Assembly: GCA_965637545.1 (NCBI GenBank)
Contig: OZ281500.1
Coordinates: forward strand, 24,180,001-24,244,000
Reading direction: 5' to 3'
Origin: Phallusia mammillata
Taxonomy: Eukaryota
DNA: 64,000 nucleotides
Shown here: piece after piece, positions 27,506 through 38,409 of the stretch
Numbering within the stretch: the first letter of the stretch is position 1
Layout of the letters: each line of letters begins with the position of its first letter
The notes under the pieces: generated by a model
Database searches by the model: none
Told to the model about the DNA's origin: nothing
The model's input: only the letters and a program-made list of their open reading frames with translations
Program-made: the position numbers and the translations under genes

Positions 27506-29069
27506 TTGGTAAAGCCATTATGTTTTCAAAGATAATTTAACTTTGATTTAATATCTGAAAAATATTTTGGAAATGTATTTTTCAGACTTAAAACCTAACC
27601 TTCCCCACTAAATTTTGTATACATAGCTAACTAATTGCGTGCATACATTTAATGCAGTTGTTGTATATATAACTATAGTTCAAAACAGCTTTACCCGCCT
27701 ACGGTAAAGAAGACATACGAGTTGACTGATGCTTGCCACCACTCACTGCAAGCTGCGATGTTTTTGCGAGCTTTGTTTTTTTATGTTACAACTGGAGGCG
27801 ACGTTATATTTTTTTTATCGGTCGGTCGTCACATGTTGAGGCGGGGAGGGGCCTCTACAATTATAAAAAAAACATAATAACTAAGCATACCAACTTTTAT
27901 ATTTTTCCTATTAAATTTACCATTGATTAAGTGCCTTTGTTCCATAGTTGTTAATGTTACCGTTGAAAACCTAAACCTAACTTTCGCTTCACAAGATCAT
28001 TTAAAAACTCTATTTTTGCATGGATTTCCAATGCTTTTGTCTGCATACAGTCATTGTTATTCACACACAGTATTATGTTTAACTATCTAAATGTCTTTTA
28101 TGAGTCAATTGCTGTAATCCGCATATATTTAATATTCCTTAATAATTACCACAATCGATGTAGCTTAACCGTTTTTGACAACACAAGATTTTGTAAAGTT
28201 ACAAACTTGGGCAATACTTGATTATTACATAACAGACGTTCCTCGAACATGCTTTATCCTGCGCACTATCATCACATCAAAGTAAAACAATTGTTGGTTC
28301 CGGTTTTATTATATAGCGCCGGTGAAAACAACGAGGACAAATATGCCTTAAAGTGGTTTATGTTACTCATTATGTCGTATGTAGTTTAAAGATGAGCAAT
28401 CACTGAGTGCGGATGATGTTGTTATGATGCGGAAAAGTTAATATACAGAAAAACTCGAATGCTCTGGCCACTAATTGTAGTGGGTGGAAAAACTGTTAGT
28501 ACAATTGCAGGGCAAATAAAGTACAATGATTTGTCGATAAACTCGCATCAACTAATAAGGGTGGATAGGTATAACTTTACCGGGATATGACCCTATGTCC
28601 TATTGCTAACTGTAGACAAATAACAAACAGATTTTAAATTTATACTGACGAATATACGGGAGGATTTACCGAGGAAGATTTTACTGTTTTTAAAAACATG
28701 GTGTTTTGTAAATCTTTTCAACATAGAGTACGATTTTTGATAATCAACATACAATACAATATTACAAATCATCGCATATATTCAACCAATAAAAAAACTA
28801 CTACACTAGTTTCATATAGACTGCCTTTGGTCGTTCCTTATCTCTGTTACATTGCGCTAAGTCTGGTTCAAACAGTTCACTTTGTTTATAAAAGAGTTTA
28901 TATTCCCTGCCCGTCGAAACATTCTGCTGCTTTATGTAGTAACATTGCTGTGAAAACTGAAACCAGATTGGATCGCGCTATTCAGTTAAGTGGTCCCTTC
29001 AATTACACTTGAGTTGAGTTGAGTGGACTCTTTAATTACAATTGAGTTGATTTGAGTTGAGTGGTTCCC

Positions 29070-31927
29070 TCACACCGATGTAGAGTTTGTTGCTTTGCTT
29101 GCAGCAGGGGATTTTGTAGGTTTGTCGTTCTTGCAGAGACGAGAAGCTGTGAGAAGATCTCGAGCTGATTTGGTGAAGTTTTTGTCGCGGAAACTGTAAA
29201 CGACCACGTTCACTAAACTGGAAGAAAAATAAGATGTTGTTGTCTTTATCTGACTTTGTTACTAAACTGGATTGTAAACTTGCGGAAAACCTTCACTGTG
29301 ACGTGACAATTAATTCGCTGTGACGTCACATCACAACGTAATCTGTATAAACGTCTACATGCTTGATGTAAGATTTTATTGCGTCACTGATGATGTCACA
29401 AGCTGTTAACCATGTCGTGCGGCAGAAACATTATTGAATATTATATGTAAGGGTTGTCAAGTTGGTTAAGTAGTTTGTTGTTGTGGGTATACCAATATAT
29501 TTGTATACAAATAATATAACAGAATTGCAACTTGGATTAGTTCAAGTTTTTATGAGTTCACCTGATTATCACTACATCTTATTATCCAATGAGCGTAGCG
29601 TATATTCACCTGTTCGACATGCTGAGATAGAAACACACCAGGAAGGGAAGTGAAGCCGTGTCGCATGTTAAGGACTTCCCGAAGAACAGAACTGGCACAA
29701 CGATCAGTGGAACTGGAAAGGAAGATTTGAATGTAAACTGAATTGTTTCAAAAAGCTCCAATCGTAAAGTAGTTTAACTTACCAATGGTGAGAGTGAAGC
29801 CAATCTGCATAAGGATCACTGTCACGAACATGCGAACTTCTCTTTTATCTGTCTTCTGCCGAAGTTGGTTGGACTTCTTCTGGTTGATGTGAACCACGAT
29901 GATGGTTGCGACACAAGCGAGACTCTGTTGTGACGTAACAAGGCTGTGATGACCTTAAATTTTGACCTCCTATTTTCATTGTAAAATTCTTGAACGTTTG
30001 TTTTGGAAAATGTCTATGAATGTAAACGTTAGGAAAAAGCTGATACATGCGATTGCGGTTAATAACAAATTCTGTTTAATAGCAACTTTTAGTTCAACTC
30101 AAACTTTCGTTTATCTCCACGAACTCGATGATTTTGCAATTTGAGTTAAAGGAAACTTTGCAGTTTGATAAATTATGTTTGTGAATCACTTCGTGTCATA
30201 AACTTACCATTATTACGTATGGAATGACGTAGAAAACAATGAGCATAGCAACGAGAGCATTGTGGTTTCCGTCTCGATTTTGTATTTTCTTCTCAGTGAA
30301 GAAGAATAGGAATGTCGTGTGCTGATAAGTGTACACCATCGAATCAGGAAACCAGGCTGAAAATCATGTTGATTTGTCACAATAAAATATATTGTTGTTG
30401 TTTCGACGAATTTTATTTCAAATTTTAGCAATTTTGTTTTATATGAGTATGTTTTTAGTAAGTTTTGGAAATATTCAATGGAAAACGAATTAGACATTTT
30501 TTGTAAGTTTGTGTTGCTTGACAAAATATGTACATAAACATTGGCATAATGTTCAACAACATGCGGACAAACTCTTTACTTCTCCAGTGATTTTAAGTTT
30601 CATTGTAAAACTTAGTTATTTTCAACATTTGATGCATGTCATACCTGGTACGGTGCTGGACACGACAGCCAAAGCCCAAACCACGGCCAAGCCGACGTTG
30701 ACGTGAAAATCGCTTTGCATCCGGTACGAGAGTGGCCATTTGATGGCGTACAAGCGCTGCGCACCCATGAACACTAGGTGGTACAAAGAGCAGGTGAATG
30801 TAAGAAGGAGAAAGATTCCTCCCACAGTCGCTTGAGCCGATCCTCGCAGTGAAAGTTGGCGCTGATCCAATTCCGTCGACGAAACGTTCATCGTCCAACT
30901 AAAGCTGTAGATTGCAACCACCAGGAGTTGGACGCCTGAAAAACATACATGACTAAATTTTAACGCACCAAGGAATGAGAAACATTTTAATTGATAAATA
31001 AATGCTGCCAGGCATAATGTACAAACGAGTATTGCTCTTCCAGCAGTTTTTATTACAAACTATCCAGATTTTGACATCACATATAAAACGTCTTATCAGG
31101 ATAATAGCGTATCTTGCAAGATAAATTATTTTTCACTGATGTTGTATGGCTGCCTTTGGAGCATAACCTTTTACCAATTCTTTACTCGGAAAAGTAGCGT
31201 TCAAGTTTGCCCACAGTAAGGACTGATTCGTATAAAATCACAGGTTGGCAGGCTTGCAAGGGACGTTATGCTGAACCATGTCTGCCAGCCAAGCATTTGG
31301 CCACGCCCACAAACGTAGGTTAGAAATATGAACAAAGTTACAGATGTACGTCTTTGAAAATCGAACTTCTTGCATGCTGCCTACGTAAGGACTTCGATAG
31401 ATTGGTCTTACATAGAGCTCAATTTTGTACTTTTCAATAATATCCCCAAATGTTTTTACTTGTGAGAAAATCGGCGACAGCCAAAGAGAATTTCATCTTG
31501 TCAAAACTTTGACGGAGCCCGAGTTTCTTTAACACCACCATTACAAGTACGTTGCTGAACACACAGGCCAGACCGAGCAGGACGACGAAAAATACGAAAA
31601 ATCCCGCTCCTGTCTTGCTGCATTCTGCGCATACGCGCAGTGGTGTGTTCGCGCATGCGCTGTAGGCCTTATCGGAGCAGATGCGAGAAAACCACACAAA
31701 ATGTTGGTTAAAACGTTCTCATTGCTGATGTTGCTTTTAGTTTTCCCAACGTTGCCAGTTGTTAGTGAGAAATTGTTGTTTGAGATGGTCAACATTTTTT
31801 CAAGTTCGTAAGAACTTAACGACTCTCGGATAACTAATACATTGGCCCCGCCGTCATTTGAGTTAATCATAACCCAGGTGTCGTCGTAATTTGAGAAGTT
31901 CGTACTACTTGTGTTTTGCAATGCCAT
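29070..31927 (-). pseudogene. GPCR R4: intact body (exons 2-6) with frameshifted proximal first exon V8
   Basis: V8 31927-31460 is 468 nt (not 3n+1): 39-codon deletion plus a 1-nt loss in GFPAFC (gcatctgctcc), giving a stop at 31541. Body exons 30935-30645, 30356-30208, 29924-29783, 29712-29610, 29217-29070 are all open with GT-AG sites. Confidence 0.8.
31003..31120 (-). mobile_element. Decayed short Penelope-derived element in R4 intron 1
   Basis: Begins TGCTGCCAGGCATAA and aligns to the 49808 copy; core degraded to CTGATAAG; absent from paralogous introns. Confidence 0.55.
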
Positions 31928-32664
31928 TGCGAGTTCAGATAAGTTTTCCACGCAAGGTCTAAAATGCAATCTTAAAATGGAGAAGTTTTTTTTAACTTTT
32001 TCTAAAACGTAAATAAGAGTTCCGCGATCACCCAAAGGAACACTCTTGAAAGTTTCAATAAACTCTTTTCTACATTTAGATAAGAAACTTTTAATTGAAA
32101 AAACGAAATACGAATGTAATAAACAACTTGACCAACTGATCTTGCTTTCGTTGCAATCTTTGTTATATTTTTTAAAAATAATGAAAGTAAAGGTCGTTGC
32201 TAAAAACATTTTGAACCTGAACCCTCATGGTTATATACACGTAAAAAACGTTGTCTAATCTTCTTAGTTTTTCCTTCATAAGTGTAGTTTCTTTTCTGTA
32301 TTCACACTGATACATTCAGACATCTAACCAACTTGCCTGTTGTTTGTCAATCATTTTTGGCTGAAAAACACTCATGTCTTGCTGCCAATGTGATTTCATG
32401 TTGTGAATCTATTTTACAAGAATTACTGAAAAAATCTTAGCGCTGTGCTTAAATAGTTATACCGTGCCATTACTTCTGCCACGAACATAAAATTTCTGAT
32501 TTAAAAGACCAGCCGTGGCACTGCATCGCAACCACCGTGATGTTAAAAAAGTTATCTAGCATAGCAGCATATCCGATGTTATACATAACATGATCATGAA
32601 TACACTGTTGCTGCCAGGCATAACGTATTAACAGAATTTTTAGCTCTTCCGGCAGTTTTTTATT

Positions 32665-32730
32665 GTAATATGCCAACGTTTCGATGTCCCATACGAAACA
32701 CCTTCATCAGGGTAATGACATACATTGCAA
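32665..32730 (-). ncRNA. Minimal type I hammerhead ribozyme motif in inverted Penelope arm
   Basis: Reverse complement of the 34507-34572 motif (tcatcag 32704-32710, aacgtttc 32675-32682). Confidence 0.7.
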
Positions 32731-33614
32731 ACACAAGTTATTATAAAGCGAAAAGGGCGGCGAAACACACACAAAAAAGGCGATAGAAATAACGCAGTGC
32801 GCACCAATGGTCGTGTGATAACACCTGGCTCAATGGTGCAAAAGCGACCGATAAGTTATCGGCATTAGAACGTCCGTTTTAACGTTCATCGTGTTGGTGT
32901 GAGAATGTATGTTCCACGACTCCAGGAAACCTCGCTTGTGAAAATCGGTTTCTCTAGCTAACACCTGGGCAGCAGAGAAGTTTATGGTGTGAGCGAGGGT
33001 AGTAGCATGTTGTGCTAATGCCGATTTTTTAGCATCTTTTTTGGCTACATCCCTCTCGTGTTCTTTACGGCGCGTATTCAGAGATCTTCCCGTTTCGCCA
33101 ATGTAAATCTCCTTGCACTGTTGACATGGGATCGCGTACACCACACCCCTTGCTGCGTTTGTATCAATGGGATCTTTGGGGTGCGACAGCATCTGACGTA
33201 GGGTGTTGACTGGTTTAATCCCTACTGAGACCCCAAAGTCGATTAACATGCGACGTATTACGTCTGTTAACCTAGGAATGTATGGCAAGGTAACAAATGT
33301 ACGCTCTTTGGACTGAACCTTTTTCCGAGCACCCGTGGTTTTTCGGTCACGGAGGATCCAGTTCGGGTAGCCATTTAACCGCAGGGCCTGGTGTACCCTT
33401 CGTATTACAGGCAACAGACGGGAGACTTTCCACGCAAGTGTACCACAAACCAACGAGCACCAGGCGCTACTTGCATTTCACGTCTCACCATCCTCTACAC
33501 CACAAGAGAGCTGTGGTGAAATCGCTGACAGATCAGGCCCGAAGGTTGACCACAGAACCCGGAATGCTCCAAACCGAATTACGAAGGGTACACCAGGCCC
33601 TGCGGTTAAATGGC

Positions 33615-33814
33615 NNNNNNNNNNNNNNNNNNNNNNNNNNNNNNNNNNNNNNNNNNNNNNNNNNNNNNNNNNNNNNNNNNNNNNNNNNNNNNNNNNNNNN
33701 NNNNNNNNNNNNNNNNNNNNNNNNNNNNNNNNNNNNNNNNNNNNNNNNNNNNNNNNNNNNNNNNNNNNNNNNNNNNNNNNNNNNNNNNNNNNNNNNNNNN
33801 NNNNNNNNNNNNNN
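33615..33814. other. Assembly gap (200 N) with overlapping flanks
   Basis: 33562-33614 is identical to 33815-33867 (53 bp). Confidence 0.95.
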
Positions 33815-34506
33815 GAATGCTCCAAACCGAATTACGAAGGGTACACCAGGCCCTGCGGTTAAATGGCTACCCGAACTGGATCCTCCGTGACCGAAAAACC
33901 ACGGGTGCTCGGAAAAAGGTTCAGTCCAAAGAGCGTACATTTGTTACCTTGCCATACATTCCTAGGTTAACAGACGTAATACGTCGCATGTTAATCGACT
34001 TTGGGGTCTCAGTAGGGATTAAACCAGTCAACACCCTACGTCAGATGCTGTCGCACCCCAAAGATCCCATTGATACAAACGCAGCAAGGGGTATGGTGTA
34101 CGCGATCCCATGTCAACAGTGCAAGGAGATTTACATTGGCGAAACGGGAAGATCTCTGAATACGCGCCGTAAAGAACACGAGAGGGATGTAGCCAAAAAA
34201 GATGCTAAAAAATCGGCATTAGCACAACATGCTACTACCCTCGCTCACACCATAAACTTCTCTGCTGCCCAGGTGTTAGCTAGAGAAACCGATTTTCACA
34301 AGCGAGGTTTCCTGGAGTCGTGGAACATACATTCTCACACCAACACGATGAACGTTAAAACGGACGTTCTAATGCCGATAACTTATCGGTCGCTTTTGCA
34401 CCATTGAGCCAGGTGTTATCACACGACCATTGGTGCGCACTGCGTTATTTCTATCGCCTTTTTTGTGTGTGTTTCGCCGCCCTTTTCGCTTTATAATAAC
34501 TTGTGT

Positions 34507-34572
34507 TTGCAATGTATGTCATTACCCTGATGAAGGTGTTTCGTATGGGACATCGAAACGTTGGCATATTAC
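34507..34572 (+). ncRNA. Minimal type I hammerhead ribozyme motif in Penelope 3' end
   Basis: CTGATGA 34527-34533, stem II GGTGT/ACATC, then GAAACGTT (palindromic stem III, predicted cut after 34562), CC/GG closing stem I. One extra A sits between core and stem II. Confidence 0.7.
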
Positions 34573-34792
34573 AATAAAAAACTGCCGGAAGAGCTAAAAA
34601 TTCTGTTAATAACATGATCATGATCATGTTTTGGTATTTTAAGAAGAGAAAACCTATCCATGTGCACACGAGCATGGGCGCCAGTACGAAGGGGTAATGT
34701 CTCCTTCCCTCACCTGGAATATCATTGTAACTGAAAATTAGCATATTTCGCCAAAAAATCCTGATGAATGATAAAAGTGCCATGTTCTAAGT

Positions 34793-34993
34793 CAGTGCTT
34801 CTCAACCTTTTTTAATATCGGGGCCAAATGGTAGTTTTTTAAGTGTGTAAGGAGCTGCTAAACATGACTAAAGATTATAACCTTGAAAGCTAACATAGCA
34901 ATCTTTGGTGGTTTACTAAAGGTCTGGTGCGAGCCACAGAACAAGCAGTTGGGAGCCGCATGCGGCCCTGATAGCCGCGTTTGAGAATCACTG
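34793..34993. mobile_element. hAT-type MITE
   Basis: TIRs CAGTGCTTCTCAA / TTGAGAATCACTG. Confidence 0.65.
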
Positions 34994-35587
34994 TTCAAAT
35001 AGAGTTATAGTTATAGAGAGAAACCAGTCCTATTTACGTATCTGGTGTTGTTTCCCTATCTTCTTCCGGTTTGCTGCTTTTGGAACTGACAAAATGATAC
35101 ACGTGATAGATGCGTAGCTATATGTTAGGATTTTAATATAGCAGAGCAGTGGTTCTCAACTCGTTTCAGGTCATAGACCATGAGCCCAGTCAAACTAACT
35201 TCATGGACCATTCCTTTTTTTTAATGAGATTGATGTAAGCATACGCAGCAAGAAGTTCCACTTGAAACAAAATTCTTTGACCTCCTAGTTTTTGCATTTC
35301 ATAGCAATATTTGGAAAAAAAGTTGTGGAAAAAAATGTTTTTGTGGTGTGTTAAGTTATAAATTACGTCATAGTCCAGCCAAAAGCAGCACCCAATACGC
35401 ACAACAGAAGTTTTAAGGTAACCATGCATAAAAGACTGAGCTACGCAAGTGTGCATTCCGAATTGCATTTACCACTGCCTTTAGCGCATGTTGCTTGTGT
35501 ATGCATCCAGTAAGATATGGCCAGATGGACCATAGTTATCGTTACAAATTATTACTGGGATATCAATGGTATAAAAAATATCTTTAC

Positions 35588-36236
35588 CTGTTAGAAAATC
35601 GACGACAGCCAAAGAGAACTTCATCTTGTTGAAACTTTGACGGAGCCCGAGTTTCTTTAACACCACCATTACAAGTACGTTGCCGAACACACAGGCCAGA
35701 CCGAGCAGGACGACGAAAAATACGAAAAATCCCGCTCCTGTCTTGCTGCATTCTGCGCATGCGCACAATGGTGTGTTCGCGCATGCGCTGTAGGCCTTGT
35801 TGGAGCAAAATGCGGGAAAACCACACAACTTTGAAATTGTGAAATTTCTGAATCGATACAGCCCAGTTTTGTTGACAGTGTGGTTGAATCCACCAGAAAA
35901 GTTAAATTCATCATAAAAGTTGGTTTCATTAGAAAAGTTGAATCCATCAGGAAAGGTAAATCCATCAGTAAAGTTGCTTGTTGTGTTGATTCCAGAGCTC
36001 GTATTGTTGACTTGATTGGATATATTGGTTAAAACGTTTTCAGCGCTGATGGCACTCACTGTTTCTTCATTGAAACTGAGTTCTGGCAAGTTAATGTCGT
36101 CATCTCCACCCCATGTATAGATTGGTTCCCATGCGTAACGTGTTTCTTGTACTCGGTCAGCCGTTACAATGTGCATCGAAATAAGGCCAAAGTCAAAATC
36201 CGAAGCGTTCGTGTCACTTGTGTTTTGCATTGCCAT
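35588..36236 (-). CDS. Surplus GPCR first exon V9 (MAMQN type), candidate functional exon 1 of R4 (493 aa if spliced to 30935)
   Basis: 649 nt (3n+1), open, donor ACAG|GTAAAG; the next exon 2 downstream is that of R4. Confidence 0.7.
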
Positions 36237-36239
36237 TGT

Positions 36240-37934
36240 GAATGCAGATAATGTTGTATTTAAATGTCAAAAACTGAAATGTTATTTTAAAATAAAGAAT
36301 TTTTTTTACAAATTGAACACTCTTCAGCCCCAAGGTTCGATTTAATTTCCTATTTGAATATAAAACTTCAACTGAAAAAGCTAAATAAATAATCTTAATT
36401 GACCGATCAAAATAACAACTTTAACAGATCAAAACCATCAACAGCATGGCTTAAACTGACAATCACTGTTTGCCTTTTTAACCATAAAAGAGTGAAACCA
36501 ACGGACGATAAAATTCTTGGTAAAACAGATGATGGCACATAGGCGAAAAATATATATTCCTTAACTGACTGATTTTGTTTTCGTTGCAATTTCTGTGTTA
36601 ATTAGAATGCATGTGAAGCTTGTTATTAAGAGGAAAGTGATAACGTTCACTATAAAAACCTTTCGAACCTGAACACGAACAAGTTGTCTTCTGCAACTTT
36701 TGCTTAGTTGTGAAATCATACGAAACCTTGCCTAACCATCCAACAATTTTGTTGGTTTGTTTCTATATTCACACTAAGATATGCAGAAATCTAACTCACC
36801 TGTTTGCTGTTTGTGCATCAAAATAATTGCAAAGTTTTAAACGAAACTCACTATAGTAGTACGATATTATAGCATATCATGTGTTGCTTCAAATATGCAT
36901 CATGATATAATTAAACTGTATTTCTACAACTAAAGTCATGCAAGGTCTTTGCGTTGAACTTATAACAACAATGCTATTACTTCGGTCACGAACACAGAAT
37001 TCCCGTTCAAAAATTCCAGACACTTCGAATTTGCAACGCAACAACCCTAATGTTAGGGAAGTCAGCCAGTATAGTTTATTGCAACATATCTGACCTTTCG
37101 ATTCTGTTTCAGTATTTTCAAAGTAAACCTCCGTAAAACAACACGAATTTACAAAGTTCAATTAATACAGAAAGAAAGCAGAATCAAATGCAGGTGGTAA
37201 GGTTTATGAAAAAACTTTCGACAAATGTTATATTCATTTTGTTTGTTCATTATAAAATGGTTAAACCAGTGATGCACCGAATTTTCGGTTGGATAAAATC
37301 ATTTTTATATTTTTTGATGACAACCAATTCTTGCAGACTGATGTGCTATATTGACACATATTGGATTGCTTAAGTATAGTAAACAACAGTTAAACTGGAT
37401 TCGGTTATTCCAGATCTTTGCAAAATTCGGACAAAACTCGAGGTACAAATGATTTGTTAAGTGGCAAGGCTTGAACTAATCCAGATCTTCTCCGAACTAT
37501 TTTTTTGGTAAATACGGGTCCAGATTAACCAAGGTTTGCTTAAATCTTTTCTTTTTTTCCGCATTACTGCCACGCCTCCAATGCAGCGGCTCATATTCAA
37601 ACTCAATGCGACCTGATGAGTCATTTTTAAATAGTGATGCGCCAAATGTTTTGGACAAGCATTTCCTTGTTTCGGTTCGGCTTCAACTTAAGAAAAATTC
37701 CAACCGAAGTTTCCACAGACATCATATGTTGGACCATAGCTTGAATTATTTTTAGTGTTTTGTCTGCCTGCAGTTCTGCACATTGTGACTCACGCACAGT
37801 ATCATGTCTAAATTTATCTAACTGCTTTAGTTAATTGTTCAGAACAGCAGATCCTAACTTAATAGCTAAGTATTGCAGAAATCAATGTAACTTAACTGAT
37901 TTGGACATCACAATATTGTAAATGTAGCAAGCTT
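36240..37934. repeat. Segmental duplication of the 5' flank of V9, paired with 42757-44469 (flank of V10)
   Basis: Visibly near-identical ~1.7 kb non-coding sequence; a more diverged third copy flanks V4 (19.5-20.6 kb). Confidence 0.85.
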
Positions 37935-38168
37935 GGGCAATATTAAAAAAATGATTTATTTTTTAATTAAAATGTATATGTCGGTTTATCAACTGGCTCT
38001 CAGCATCATTATAATCGTCAGTTGTGACCCACTGCGATAAACAGTTGCACGTCCCTGGTGTAGACCTACGTGTCCCACTGGTGGACATTTTTGGCTTTGT
38101 GGATTCATTGGCGGCCGTTATTAGAATAAAAACGGGTAAAAACAAATGTGCACGTCCGCAATAAAAAA

Positions 38169-38409
38169 TTATGAAACTAAAAGACGCATTTCTAAAAAGG
38201 TAAATAACATAATTGTTTGTACAAGTTTGTTAAAAGTGTACAGAGGATATATTTCAGACAGTAGTAGAAGATATTTTTCCAGTTTTATAAGAAACGATTG
38301 GGTGAGTTTCCTTTTTCTTCTGTTGGCAGCAACTTGAAACTGTAAAAGCTTTTTGGTCGCTTTGTTGAAAGTCTGGTCATAAAAACTGTAAATTATCACG
38401 TTCACCAAG
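38169..38409 (-). pseudogene. Orphan, frameshifted GPCR last exon (TM7/helix 8/C-tail relic)
   Basis: Acceptor ttttcag|C then LVNVIIYSFYDQTF. Restoring 1 nt near 38345 gives KKL.TVSSCCQQKKKETHPIVSYKTGEISSTTV-stop (38254). No matching exons 1-5 nearby. Confidence 0.7.

Larger units (their letters stand above)
32600..34610. mobile_element. Penelope-like retroelement, 5'-truncated, with inverted duplicated 3' arm
   Basis: Plus arm ~33405-34610 encodes the RT C-terminus (VYHKPTSTRRYLHFTSHHP) and a GIY-YIG endonuclease (GMVYAIPCQQCKEIYIGETGRSLNTRRKEH, stop 34407). Minus arm ~32620-33404 is a near-identical inverted copy (stop 32830). 15-bp TSD ATAACATGATCATGA at 32585-32599 and 34609-34623; paralogous empty site near 24830. 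Confidence 0.92.

Noticed and set aside
33297-34407. Long ORFs spanning the X run
   Set aside because: Artefacts of translating through the N gap and across the inversion junction at ~33404.
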